Assembly (NCBI RefSeq): GCF_001194135.2
Contig: NC_068984.1
Coordinates: 59,551,977-59,615,976, forward strand
Reading direction: 5' to 3'
Length of the DNA stretch: 64,000 bases
Source of the DNA: Octopus bimaculoides
Lineage: Eukaryota
Notes under the pieces: generated by a model
Seen by the model: only the letters and a program-made list of their open reading frames with translations
Told to the model about the DNA's origin: nothing
The model's database searches: none
Program-made: the position numbers and the translations under genes
In this document: in pieces, positions 13,401 through 27,900 of the stretch
How the letters are laid out: each line of letters begins with the position of its first letter
Numbering within the stretch: position 1 is the first letter of the stretch

Positions 13401-16400
13401 CCCATTTCTTCCATGGATTGCCTTCCTATTTCAGTGCATTACTTTTTCACATCAGTATATCTATTCACATTACATGTTCATCTAGTACAGCCACCCCCAC
13501 CCCCCACAGTTGTTCAACGTCCTCTTTCCATGCTGGCATGGGTTGGATGATTTGACATGGAGTTGGCTAGCAGAGAGCTGTCCAGACTCCAACTATCTAT
13601 TGTAGCATAGTTTCTATGGCTGGATGCCCTTCCTAATGCCAACCACTTAGCAGAGTGTGCTGGGTGGGTTTTTTTTTTTTATAAAAGGTGTGGTTCGCAT
13701 TCAGTTCATTACATGTGAATAAAAGATGGGTATTCATGGCTTTAACATCCTTGATTAGAAGTCTGTTTGATTTGAAATTGACCTGAGGTCAAACAACATC
13801 ACTATGTCCTAATACATTTTCAGTTTACTTGTGCTCTTTCTTCTATGCACATCCAGTGAATCATGTTTAAAACTCCAACATTCTTCCCCCAATTCTCACT
13901 ATTATCCTGATTCTTTTTTTTTTTTTTTAATTTGCTGTTTTAATTTGCTAACACACAGAACATTGATTATAGATGCATATTATTTTCCAAAACTATCATG
14001 TAATATTATTTTACAAAAATAACTGTAAGAATTTATTAACAACTTTGATTTTCTATTATTTTTCAGTTCTAAAACATCTTCCTCTTCATTTGGTGTCTCT
14101 GATACTTCCAATAGTCAAAAGGTATGAGTTTATGCTTTTCTCTCTTTTCCCCTACCTCAACAGTTTCCTTTCAGTAGTAATTCGAATTGTATTCACTACA
14201 AATGAGCTTGCTCATTGGTGTGTGTGATAGAGAGAGAGAGCAAGCAAGCAAGTAAGCAAGTAAGTGATGTATAGTTGAGATGACAATGAGTGATGTCAAT
14301 AAAATAGTGACCTGAGGCAGAGTTTAGGAGGACAAGTGTTGAGGGTGTACTGGGTACCAATAGAACCAATGCAGTTTCTTTTTACACAGCTATTGTGATA
14401 CAAAGAAGAGAGGAGTAGCTTGAGTGTAGACAGATCTCATATGGGTGGCATGGTTTTAATGTACATTTCTCCACACTTGCATGAGTGATCTGATTTTCTA
14501 CATCACTGCATGTTGCCAATCGTCTTGGTCCCTTGCCATCTCTTCCATGACAAACAACATCATGGCATTATTTTTCACCACTTCATTCCATGCCTTCCTC
14601 TGTCTTCCTTTTGCATAAGTTTCATTCACTTTCAGTTCCTAGCACTTCTTTCTACAGTTGTCATCCACTATATGCATCACATGCCTATAACAGTGCAGTC
14701 CTCTCTTGCACACTATATCTGATTCCTCTTATATTGAATTTTTCTCTCGGTTCCTATTCTGTTACTCATACACAATAACATTACACATTCAGTGATGCAT
14801 TTTCACTTCATTTCAAGTCTTCACAAATCCTCTGTATTGAAAGCCCACATCTTGCTACCATGCAGCATTGTACTCCATGTACAAACAGTATACAATGTAC
14901 CCTTTTTCTCTGAAGGGGAAGCCTTTTGTTACCATTAGAGGTAATATTTTCCTGAGTTTTTTCCAGCCTGTTCTTATTAGTTACCATGCTTTTAGGTCGC
15001 TTCAGTAACAAAAGCTGCCAACTACTTCCAGGTTACCTTCTCAGTATTTGAGAGAATCTACTTCCCATGTGTTCTTTGTGCTTAATGTCTATTGCATATG
15101 AAGTCAATTGTTTATTTTTTTTTGTTAGCCTACCTGTAATCACACTACTCTTTTTATGTGTCCATTGTTTACATTGAATACATCAAAAGTGGAGTAGATT
15201 TCCATCTACTCCTTTTCTCCATATCAAGCATGGCCATTTCCCTGATGATAACAGTCTAGTCTTTTCAAAGTTTACTTTGAGCCTCTTGATTCCAAATTTT
15301 GCTTCCAAATCAAGAATTTTTTCTCTAAATCTACAGATCCAGCAGGAAAAGCTGTTGTCAATTTACAGAAGTTTTCTTGCACTGTAAACTTTAAACTGTG
15401 GTATGGACACATAAAAAGAGTAGTGAGATTACAGGTAGGCTAGCAAAAAAAGGTAGATTTCATATGCAATAGACATTAAGCACAAAGTGGATGGGTCCCT
15501 CATGGACCCCTACCATGCTAAATTCATTGCCAACTCTTATAAATGCTAGAAATTAGAGCTTTGTCCTAGCTAAGTGCTTTTCCTGCAGTTATCTTTTTAA
15601 GGAAGATGGCACGAGGAGCACTTTTTCTTGGTACAAATCGAAACTGTAGTTCATCTTGGCTAAATGTCTTCCTTATCAGTTGTACAATAACTTTTATTCT
15701 AACTTCATAACCTAGTCTGGCAATATGATGCCTCTTTAATTGCCTCTCTCTAGTGTTAGTTTTTTTTCTTTTGTAGCAGGTGATGATGATAATGATGCTA
15801 CACTAGTCATTGTATATGGTACCTCTTTGTATCACTTGATTGACTATGTGACTAACTAGCCTACACCCTACTTTGCCAGATATTTTAATCATCTCAGTGA
15901 AGGACCAGCCGCCTTTCTGGCCTTCATATTCTTAATTGCACTTGTTAAACTGTTGTTGACCAGAATGGCTAGTCCCTCTCTTAAGTGTACTTAGGGAAAA
16001 CTCTTCATGCATTCTCCTCCTCCAATAACCTCTCATGGTAGCACTTCCATACCTCTTTCTTTTTAGTATCAGTCAGAGCAAGTTTGTTATCATCCTGTGC
16101 GAAACTTTTGTCTTTTGATTTTTCTCTCACACATTGTCTTGTTATGTTGAATATTTCCTGCTACCACTCTTCAGGAACATTGGCAAACCTCTTACTTTTG
16201 GCTTCTCAACTTGTCAAGTATACCTGACTTCTAGCTTCTTTACATGATATTGCTCTTTGCTGCTCCTTGCTTCCAGTCTTTCCAGGCCTCTCTTAGCTTT
16301 TATGGCTTTATCTACAGAACTGTTCCACCACCTGTCACCTTCATTTTTGGCTGGAACCTTACTCCATCCATGTATCTGATCTGTTACTTTCATGGATGTA

Positions 16401-19400
16401 ATTTCTTGAAAACTTTTTGAAAGCTTCACTGTGATACGTGATTTTTACTGTTAATTCCTTCTCTTAGCCATTTCAAAAGACTTCTTTCACAGAAGCTGAT
16501 GGAAGATTTGTTTGATCAGTGTTACAGTAATGTTTGTTTTGGGTAATGGGTAAAGACCCCCTTCGATCATGAATGACCATGGGATTGCACCTAGAAAGTT
16601 CCCCTCTGAGGCACAAGTCTGGACAAGGTTGTTTATGGAAGACCAGCAGTAGCCCCTGCATACCAGTCTCCCTTCTCCATGTCACTCATGTTATCCAAGG
16701 CAAAGGCCAATACAGCTTGACACCAGTGGTGTCGCAACTCATTTCTACATCTAAGTGAACTGGAGCAATGTGAAATAAAGTGTCTTGCTCAAGAGCACAA
16801 CACAGCCTGATTTCGGAATCGAACTCCCAACCTCATGATTGTGAGCCCAACATGCTAACCACCGATTTGGGTGATATGTGTAAAAATCCATATTTTAATG
16901 ATAGAGCAGATTTTTCAACCCAGGCTGATACTTTTGTGTGCTGCATATTTTATACAGGTGTGTATAAAAGTTTTGAAGTGAGTTGCATAATATTAGGAAA
17001 TTAAGAAAAGCTTGTACTGGTACAGGTGTATTCCTTTGATGCAAAGGGATCTATTCATTCCTGTTTAACCCTTTTGTGACCATATTTTTGTTGAAATATG
17101 CTACCTTTGCTTCAATTCGTCATCATTATCAGTATTTAATGTCCATTGTCCATCTTAGCCTGGTTTGGATGATGTGACCAGAGCTGGCAAGCTGTGGAGC
17201 TGCACCAGACTCCAGTCTGATTGGCATGGTTTCTATGGCTGGATGCCCTTCTTAATGCCAACACACTTTATAGTGTGCTGGGTGCTTTACACTACCAGAA
17301 GGATCAGTCTTAACACTTCTGTTGTGGATTGCAGGTCTTCTTGAGTATGGCAAGGTGCCAGGTACCTTGGTCCTTCATCCCATGTTTTCCTGAATCTCCC
17401 ACTAACATTGGTTCCATCCACTAAATAATTTTAGCATTATTAAGTAGGTGTTTAGAACAAAAAGTGAACATAAAATTTTGATGGAAAGTTATAATTTAGA
17501 TAACTTCAAAAAAAGAAGTTTGTATTTTAAAACAAGGAGCAGTCTTGGGCAGGTTGGTATCAAAAGGGTTTTTTAATAATTTCTTTTTTTATACTTGTTT
17601 ATGTAATGAAACCAGCAAAAAGCAGATATACTGTAATATATTTAATACCTTATTCAGTGTGCTTTGGATTGAAAATGGTTAAATTGCTGCATTTGGGGGA
17701 TTTGCTTGCTACATTAAGCAGGTTGAAAGGGTTTCTATGAATTTATGAACTACAGCTATTTTGTCTTTACATTTCTTTCTTCAATCCTTACCTGTTTTTC
17801 TCAAGTCATAATGTCAAGAAGGAATGTCAACATCGTCATTCGGCTCAAGCAATGACAAGAATGGAACATCAACATTTGTGCATGCACAAACATGAGTGAT
17901 GTTTTTAATTTATGAATTGACTGTTTTTGGTATTTATATAAATGATTAATGCATTCTACAGCATTGTCAGAATACTAGACATTTTCAGTTAGACGGATTG
18001 TGAAAAAGAAAGTCTTAATGATTTGGTTAAGTCAACAAACTGTACAAAACCTTTTCTTTTTTTCACTCAAATCATTTTTTGAAAGCTCTTTTTCTTAATT
18101 ATAAATTGATGCTACTCAAATACAATTCATATGGTAAAACCAACTTTGAATTCTGCTAATGTGACCCTCTGTATTATTGCTCTTACTAACCAGAAAAAGC
18201 AGCCAAATCTTTCTCCTGTCACATCTTACCATCTTAACAAGAAGGGCACATTGAATAATATAGTCTCAGTATGTGTATTTCACATTAAAAAGAAAAGTGG
18301 GATACCTAACATCAGGAACAGTTTTTGATCAGGACTTAGAACAACAGCAAGAACCTCAAGATTTAGTGGTTAGTTTCAGATTTTTTATGCATGATTATCA
18401 ATTATTTTCATGCAGTTGGGGAGATTAGTATTTGTCTCATTTCTCTCATTTAGATGTCATTGCTAATTACTGTTACTGTTTATTGCAGGACAAAGGAATG
18501 GAGGTTGATGACAACGATGAGGATGATGATGATGATCAAGTTGATGACTATGATGATGATGACGATGTGGATCTCATAAATGAATACATGTGGAATGACA
18601 CTCAACCTAAGTTTGGTCCATTAAGTAAGTAGTATCAATTACGAAGAAGGTATTAAGTATTAAGGGCAACGAGTTGGCAGAATCGTTAGCATGTTGGGCA
18701 AAATGCTTAGCAGCATTTCAACCATCTTTATGTTCTGGGTTCAAATTGTGCCATGGTCAGTTTTGCCTTTTATCCTTTCAGAGTTAATGAAATAAGTACC
18801 AGTTGATCGGGTAAGAGAGGTGTCAATGTAATCAACTTATAGCCCCTACCCCCGAAATTACTAGGCTTGTGCTAAAATTTGAAATCAATTATTAAGAAGG
18901 TAGATGTGTTGTTAGTGGTTATGAATTACATCCAAACTGTTTTTGTTACTTGGGTCACTCCCTTGTGTACACTTTAGCCATAACCCTTTAGCATTCAGAT
19001 TGCTCTGTTAAAAGTTTAAAAGTAATGCTTATTTATTCATTGCTTTGAATTAATGCATCATCTTGCAACTTTGAAATTTCAATGATGTGATTGTTTATTT
19101 TTAGAATGGCATTGTAGTGTAAGAGTGAGAGGCCAGATCTGGCCAGTTTGACTATAAAGCAAGTAGAATATTTTGACCAGATATGGCTGGTTTAAATCCT
19201 AAATGTTTAAATCCTGTAATAGTTTGGACTTTTATTTGTTGGGCATCACAAATCAGTGTGGTAGTTTCTATGTAGTCATTCAAATTGCTGAAAGCAGCAG
19301 CCAGATTGGTCACAAATCATTTCTCACTGTCTACTATTCTGAAGACAGAAGAACATGTTGAGTAATCATCATCATCATCGTTTAACATCCACTTTCCATG

Positions 19401-21866
19401 CTTGCATGGGTTGGATGATTTGACTGAGGACTGGTGAACCAGATGGCTACACCAGGCTCCAATCTGATTTGGCAGAGTTTCTACAGCTGGATGCCCTTCC
19501 TAATGCCAACCATTCCGAGAGTGTAGTGGGTGCTTTTACGTGCCACCGGCATGAAGGCCAGTCAAGTGGTACTGGCAACGGCCACGCTCAAAATGGTGTA
19601 TTTTACGTGCCACCTGCACAGGAGCCAGTCCAGTGGCACTGGCAACGATCTCGCTCGAATGTCTTTACACGTGTAATGCATATACAATTGAGATGATGTT
19701 TGCTAGATTTCTTTTGATTTTGACTGTGAGTCTGTTTGATCAGTGCTGACCTCAGGCTAATCAACAATTACCACCAAATATGCCATTATAGTGTTATAGC
19801 TAATTTCTTGCTGTGAGCCATATATTAATAGCTTTTCATAAAAAAGCACATCAGTTCAAGATATGGATGTGTGTATACATGTAAAATCAGCATGAAAACT
19901 GGTGCTCTTCAAATAATCTTTTGCAGTATTTACTCCAAGTTACAAGCTCTCTTCTGTCAGTGTTGCCATTTTAAATGCAGTGAATCAATACTGTTTGGCT
20001 TGTTGCAAACTTAACCAATGCCAATGACGCTGTTGTTTACGAGTTGTGATATGAAAGCAAAAAAAATACAATTTTACTTACTAAAAGCATTCATTTTTCT
20101 TTTACCATTTCTTAGTGCCAGAAGATTTCACAGATGAAACTGTAGCACTGGAACAGTTTACTCGTGGATTCATTGATCGGTATGATTAAATCTTAATCCT
20201 TTAGGATTTGAGATTATTCTGTCAAATAAAATGCTTATTTATTTGCAATGTTTTAAATTAATCATGAATTATATTGTAGCTTTCAGATTTTGATGATGTG
20301 ATTATTTTCAGAATGACATTGTAGAGTAGGTGTGAAAAGCTGGATCTAGCCTGTTTGGGCTGGATATTACTGGTTTCAATGCTAGAGTTAAAGTTAACAT
20401 GGCCTTAAGATTAAGAAATTAGCTTCCCAATCATATAAATCCAAGTTTGATTAATGTTGTGCTAAGTCATGAGTGCCTTCTGCTATAGCTTTGGGTTAAA
20501 TGAAATCTTAAAAATGAAATATGGTCACTGGAAACTGTGGAAGCCTGACTGGTTGTGTGTGTGTGTGTGTGTTTATCTGTGAAAGTTGTCAGTTCCGTTT
20601 CTTGCACGAGATCATCTGTGAGAAAGAAAACTGTTGTGTCCATGTTCCTGGTAAACATGACATCCTGTACACTCTTAAAAAAAAATAGTGGAATTAAAAA
20701 AAAAACATCGCTTGATTGTAAAATAGGTACAGATTGGGGACCAAAACATCATCTGGTTTCAAAAATACTACCCAGCATAGAAAAATCGATGTGAGATATA
20801 TATATATATACTCTTATACTTGTTTCTCAGTCATTTGACTGCAGCCATGCTGGAGCACCGCCTTTAGTCGAGCAAATCGACCCCAGGACTTATTCTTTGT
20901 AAGCCTAGTACTTATTCTATCAGTCTCTTTTGCCAAGCCGCTAAGTTACAGGGACGTAAACACACCAGCATTGGTTGTCAAGCGATGTTGGTGGGGACAA
21001 ACACAGACACATAAACATACATATACACGACTGGCTTCTTTCAGTTTCCATCTACCAAATCCACTCACAAGGCTTTGGTTGGCCCGAGGCTATAGTAGAA
21101 GACACTTGCCCAAAGTGCCACACAGTGGTACTGAACCCGGAACCATGTGGTTGGTAAGCAAGCTACTTACCACACAGCCACTCCTGCGCCTGGCATATAN
21201 NNNNNNNNNNNNNNNNNNNNNNNNNNNNNNNNNNNNNNNNNNNNNNNNNNNNNNNNNNNNNNNNNNNNNNNNNNNNNNNNNNNNNNNNNNNNNNNNNNNN
21301 NNNNNNNNNNNNNNNNNNNNNNNNNNNNNNGCTATTTAAGCAACCAGTAAAACATACATATTTCAGTTTGGAAACAGCCACTTGAAGCTTGAAACTTGTA
21401 TCAGAGTAACTCACTGTAAACATTATTTTTAAGATTAAAATAAAATTATCCCTCCAAAAAAGCCATCTCTACTCATTTTTTCAAATATATATATATGCTG
21501 GTGCCACATAAAAAGCACCCAGCCCACTCTGTAAGGTGGTTGATGTTAGGAAAGACATCCAGCTGTAAAATCCTGCCAAAAGAGACAGTGAAGCCCAGTG
21601 CAGTCTTCTGCCTAGCCAGCTCCTATCAAATTGCTCAACCTATGCCAGCATTGAAAACAGATCTTAAATAATGATGATGATGATGATGATGATGATAAAT
21701 GCATGCCTGGCTGGCTATGCAGTTAAGAAGTTCATTTTGCAACCATGTGGTTTTGGGTTCAGTCCCACTATGTGTCACCTTGTGTAAGTGTCTTCTATTA
21801 TAGCCCTGGACTAAGCAGTGCCTTGTGGGTAAATTTGGTAAATGGAAACTGTGTGGAAACCTGTTG

Positions 21867-21902
<36 letters not shown>

Positions 21903-24900
21903 CGTGTGTGTGTGTTTGTCTCTGTGTTTGCCCCTATCCCCTGGCTTGACAATAAGTGTTGGTGTATTTACATCCCTATAACTTAGCAGTTTGGTAAAAG
22001 AGACAATAAAATAATTACCAGACTTTAAAGAAAGTAAGTACTGGGGTCAATCTATTCTAAAACCCTTCAAGGCAGTGCTCCAGCATGGCCACAGTCCAGT
22101 GACTGAAACAAGTAAAGGATAAAGGTAAAAGATTGATATAAACAAGTATAATTTGCAGTATTTGGCTACGTCTTTTTATACTCAGTTTGACTGTTGTTGA
22201 AATAAGGCACCAATTAAAATACTGGGGTTGACATACTCTTGAAAGTGGAAGTTGCCTTAGCATGGTCACAATCCCAAGACTGAAAGAATTAAAATTAATT
22301 ACACTGTCTCTTTTTCTCTCTGAATGAAAGCACATGGCTTAGTGCTTAGGGTATTTGTCTCATGTTCATATGGTCATGAGTTTGATTCTCAGTGGTGCAT
22401 TGTGTCCTTGAGCAAGACACCTTATTTCACATTACTCCAGTCCCCTCAAGCTGGCAAAAATGTGCATCTGTAATTCAAAGGCCTAGCCCTGTCACATTGT
22501 GTGTGTCATGCTGAATCTCCTTGAGATCTACGTTAAGGGTACACGTATCTGTGGGAGTGTTTCTGTTGATTGTATCAATTGGAACCCTTGTCGTTATCGA
22601 TGCAGTTCTCTCAAAATGTTCTCTTTTGTATCAGTTTTGTCTCTTGTGTGTTAATAAGATTAGTTATAAAAACATGTGGGCCAATTCTACCATATATATG
22701 ACACATTTAGAAAATTACATTGCGATCTATAGAGAAAATGCTATTTTCTTATCAGCAACTTAGCAGTTGAGCTGAGCAGTAAATTGGCATCACTTGAACC
22801 AGTGCTTTGGCTGCTTGTTGACCTTTTATAGGAAGATGTAAGTTTGAACCTTTAATCTGTTATTTTGGTGCAGACATAATTGTGCAGTTAAGTTCACTTC
22901 ACAATCATGTGGTTCTGGGTTCAATTCTGTTGTGTAACATGTTGAGATAATTGTCCAAGGTGCTCTGTAGTGGCATTGAAACCAGAATCATGGTTGTCAG
23001 GTGATCTTCTCAACTACATAGCCATATCTATACTTAATTTCTCAAGCACATGGCCATGTGCTGACACTCAACTTTTTAACAACGCATCCTGTCTTGATAT
23101 TTTGCAGGAAGGTCATACTTTCAATGGTGTTTCAAACATCTTTTAAGATTTACAGTGTTTTCATTGTGTGTGCTATGCTTTTATATCATAGCTCCAATTT
23201 AACCCAAGTCTTATGGGTGAAATTGGGGAGGTAGAATGTACCTATTATTGAGTAGTAGAGTTAGTCTATTGCTTGGTCTAACATCACTAATTTGCCTCTT
23301 GGCTTCATTTAGCAGAGTCCTCTCTGTTGCAAATATTCAACCAGGTCTCTGATCTAAGGATTACAGGATTTTCTTACTATACTACTTTCTACAATTGTAA
23401 TTTGAGTTGTTTCTTTCTCCTTTTCTCACCACCAGTCTTGGAAACCCTGCTAAAAAAAGGGGAGGGGCAGGAGGTCATGGATTGCCCTTTTCTGGGCGAG
23501 TCACACAAAAAAAAAAGGACACATTTAGACATAATCCCATTTCTTTATCAGTAACTTAACAGTTGAAATAAACAGTCAAGTGCTATCATTTGAATCATTG
23601 ATTTGTTTGGTTGTTGACTATTTATAGAAAGAATTAAACTTGATGTGGCTTTTGCTCTTTTTATTGATGTTATGTTTGTCTTTCAGATTTGGAGAATGCC
23701 ATCCTGAATTCTATATCGGATCATTAGATGATGCTATTAAGGATTCCTTGATGTTAAAAGCCAAAGAGGTGAGATGCTTTAGATTCTTATTTTGAGGTAC
23801 TCAGAGAAACTTAATTAATGAAAACTAAATTTCTGTTGTGTATTTGTGTATGTGTTTGTATTGCTGCTTTTGTATTTTGTTTGAGCAATATAATTATAGT
23901 ACTAAATGTGAAAACGCTAATAAATATATTCTAGACTATCAGATGACTGGTTACTGTAAGAAATTCCCTACATTCTGCTAACAATTACTTTGATGAGAAA
24001 CTCAAAACTGATGACTCAGTAGGATTTTAAAAAGTTCTCAAATCAGTGTTATGCATACAGTGATGTGACAAATCAGTCGAGTTACTAATCAGTCAGCTTT
24101 GACGTGGTTTCATCCTCTATATGAATTATTTAATTTCAATCGAGGCTCATGACTGGATGTGTTTTTAGTGTTAGTTGGAAAGGAGAACAGTAGTGCCCAT
24201 TACTTTTACTAGGTCTCCTGAGCTTGGCACTAGGGAGAGGGAACAGAAAAATCACAACTCAAAGATTGTAGCAATGAGAAACATCATATAAACATCTCAG
24301 TTATTCTGAAATCAATAAGTACAAAAAATATACAAAGACCTCTCAAAACTATATTAGACATCCTTCATTATATTGTTTTGTCTGTGTGGACACTGCTCAT
24401 TAGTACAGTGCTGAAATGGGTTAAATCATTAGAATTTGCACAAGACTGGTACCTGTACATGCTGGTGCCATGTAAAAAGTACCCAGCCCACTCTGTAAAG
24501 TTGTTATTAGGAAGGGCATTCAACTGTAGAAACCATGCCGTTACAGACAATGAAGCTTGGTGTAGTTCTTGCCAGCTCCTGTTAAACCATCCAACCCATG
24601 CCAGCATTGCAGAATGGACATTAAGTGATAATGATGATGTCTACTAGATATCAGCTTTTAAAAACATCAAATGATATTTTGTTTCTAGAAGTAAATCTAG
24701 AAGTAAATACAAAAGAAGTTGTGTATTAACTTTTGAGATGTTTGTGTATAGATGGTTGATAAAAAAACATCAGCATGGCTGCAGTCCATTGACTGAAACC
24801 AGTAAAGGAATTTCTATCTTATTTTTATCAATTCTATAATAAATAACATCACGTATAGATTTTAACCCTTTAGCTTTCAGATTTCCCTGTCGCATGTAAT

Positions 24901-27900
24901 GCTTATTTATTCACATTAAGTGGTGAGAAAGGATCTTCGAACACTGGGCCTCAGTGAGGAAATGACAATGGACCAAGAGAAGTGGCGATTTGCTGTACTT
25001 GATAAGACCTGTCAAGCTAAGTAAAATCAGTCTTCCACACATGCAGGCTTGTGCTTCCAGGTGCTGGTGCCACTTAAAAGGCACCTGTGCCAGTGCTGTG
25101 TAAACACATCCGTGACAGTAACATGTAAAAAGCACCCGTCACACTCTGTGAAGTGGTTGGCATTTGGAAGGGCATCCAGCTAGAGAAACCATGCTACAAC
25201 GGACAGTTGGAGCTGGCAAGCAGGAATCTGTCCAAACTCTGTCAAACCATCCAACCTGTGCCAGCATGGAGACCAGACATTAAACAATGATCATGATGTT
25301 TTGAATTAATTATGGCTTATATTGTAGCTTCAAGATTTTGATGAGATGATTTGTTTGTTTTTAGAATGACATAAGTAGGATAAGTGAGAGGCCAAATCTG
25401 ACTGATCTAAACATAAAACAGATACAATATTAGGGTCAGTTTAAATGCTAAAGGGTTAATTTAAAAAAATTGTTTTTCTCTTCACCAGATGTTTTTCTTA
25501 CTGTCATCTTTTGATTTCTCTTCCAGAGGAAACCACTGGCTGTGTATTTACATGATGACAAGAGTATCCTCACAAATGTTTTCTGTTCAAAGGTTTTATG
25601 CTCTCTAGAGGTTGTTAGTTATCTCACTGAAAATTTTTTTGTCTGGGCATGGGATATGACAAATGACAAGAATAAAAAACGGTAATTTGTTTTTGTTTTT
25701 TTTACATTTCGTTTATTTTTAGTTGTATTCTTTTTTTAAATTCTAATTCATAATTTAATATCTATTTAGGCCTGTATGTTATTACTAAATCAAAAAGCTT
25801 CTTCAGTTTCATTTTTGTGAGCTGATTTATTTAAGAAGAATATTTAGTGTTGGTATAATGATAAAAACATTTGGCCTGTTCCATCTACTGTAGTTGGCAA
25901 AAAAAGGGCATTTATCCATAAATGGATCTTCTCTTCAAAATTTTCAACAAAAATACCCTTGTCAGAATTTAGAGACCACTGTGTTACTTATCCTGCCAAT
26001 CTATTACTTTAATAATAATTATTATTATTATTGTGGTAGTCAGCTGACAGAAATGTTAGCATGCTGGGCAAAAGCTTAATGGTATTTCATCTGTCACTGT
26101 GTTCTGAGTTCAAATTCTGCCAAGGTCGACTCTGTCTTTCACCTTTTTGGGATCGATAGATTAAGTACCAGTGAAACATTGGGGTCAATGTAATTGACTA
26201 GTCCCTTCCCCTAAAATTTCAGGCCTTGTGCCTTTAGTAAAAAGGATTACTATTATTACATCAAGCTGGCAGAATCATTAGCTTACTTGACAAAATACTT
26301 TATAGCATTTATCTAGCTTAACATTCTAAATTCAGATTCTGCCAAGATCGATTTTGCTTTGCATCCTTTCAGGATCAAGAAAATAAGTACCAATTGCACA
26401 CTGAGTTGATGTAATCGCCTAAAATTTTAGGCTTTATGTCTATAGTAGAAAGGATTATCATGTCTTTTAAGTTCTGAGAGGTTTTTGGGAGCTGATGCTC
26501 AACTTGGCTGGAAGAGATAAATGTTTCTTTGATAGGATGGTGATTTAGCGAAAGTATCATTAGCAGATGATCTAATACTGTTTTTTCAACAACTAAGTAA
26601 ACCGAGGAAATGCAGAATTGAAGAGATCTGTTCCAAAATACAATGGAATGATTGCAGCAGATTCCTGAGTATTTAGTCTTAATACCATTTCCACTTCTTA
26701 ATGATTTGTCTTTTTAAATGTTTATGCAGATTGCTCAGTAATGCGACCAAACATTTTGGCAGTGTTGCTGCAATGCAAATTAAGAATTATATACCAAACC
26801 AACTACCTTTATTATTGATCATCAGTCGTGCCAGGTCAACTAATGAAGTTTCAACTGTGATACAAGGTCAGTTAAGTGAAACTACTCTTGATTTGTGTCC
26901 TATGTTGGAAAGAACCTGTTTAAACATTGTTCTTAAATGTGAAATAGCTTGATAACAAAAAAAAAAACAATACTTTTGTAGTGAGTAAAGCTGGGTGGCA
27001 AAGAAGCTTGACAGAGATGTGTGTGAGAGAGAGTTTGGAGGGATATATTATCCAGGCAAATACCGTATTGGCTCTCAGTTAAGTTCCATTCAACAGCTAA
27101 CCACTTTGACCAGTATTTAATGTCTGTGACTACTATTTGCTACTAGTCACTCTGTGAATGCTTCTGATGGTTAATTCCATGTACATTTGATTGGATAGTA
27201 AAAATTTTTGTAGTATATATTATTATTAATAATTAAGAGTATGGAAACTTGTTCATCCACAAAATTTATTTTATAGTTTTATACAGCATATTATAATGAT
27301 CTACAAGCAGTTTTCACTGCATGGACTATTCATGGTTGCAGGTGCAATCTTGCATTATTATTGGTGCAACTTCATTATAGTTCATCCATTTGGTCATCCT
27401 TCAAGTGAACTAGATGTATATAGTTAGTAGTTAATAAATCGTATGGTATACACCTGATTGTTTGCCAGTAAAGCATATGTAATCAATGAGAAAGATTGAT
27501 GCTAGATGGGTCAAAACGATTGTAGTGATCAATAAAGATTCTCATATATTCCATCTCATTCATTGATTTTGTATACATAGATGTGGCTGTGTGGTAAGAA
27601 GCTTGCTTCCCAACCACAGTATTCTGGGTTCAGTCCCACTGTATGGCACCTTGGGCAAATGTCTTCTACTATAGCCTTGGGCTGACCAAAGCCTTGTGAG
27701 TAGATTTGGTAGGCGAAAACTGAAAGAAGCCTGTTGTGTGTGTGTGTGTGTGTGTATATGTATATATTGGATAATAACACGAATGGTTTACACCTGGTAG
27801 CTTTTACTGGTAAAGCACAGTCACTTTCACAGTGATTGTTACCTATGTGGCAAACAAAAGCTGGAAGATGGAATATACAAGAATTTATTAATCACGACAA

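Noticed and set aside
17806-17895. Strong pyrimidine tract, AAG acceptor and a 90-nt segment ending at GTGATG
   Set aside because: Open only in phase 2/2, which is incompatible with exon 6 (phase 0 out) and exon 7 (phase 0 in). The phase-0 reading stops at once (TCA TAA) and the donor is weak. At most a cryptic poison exon.
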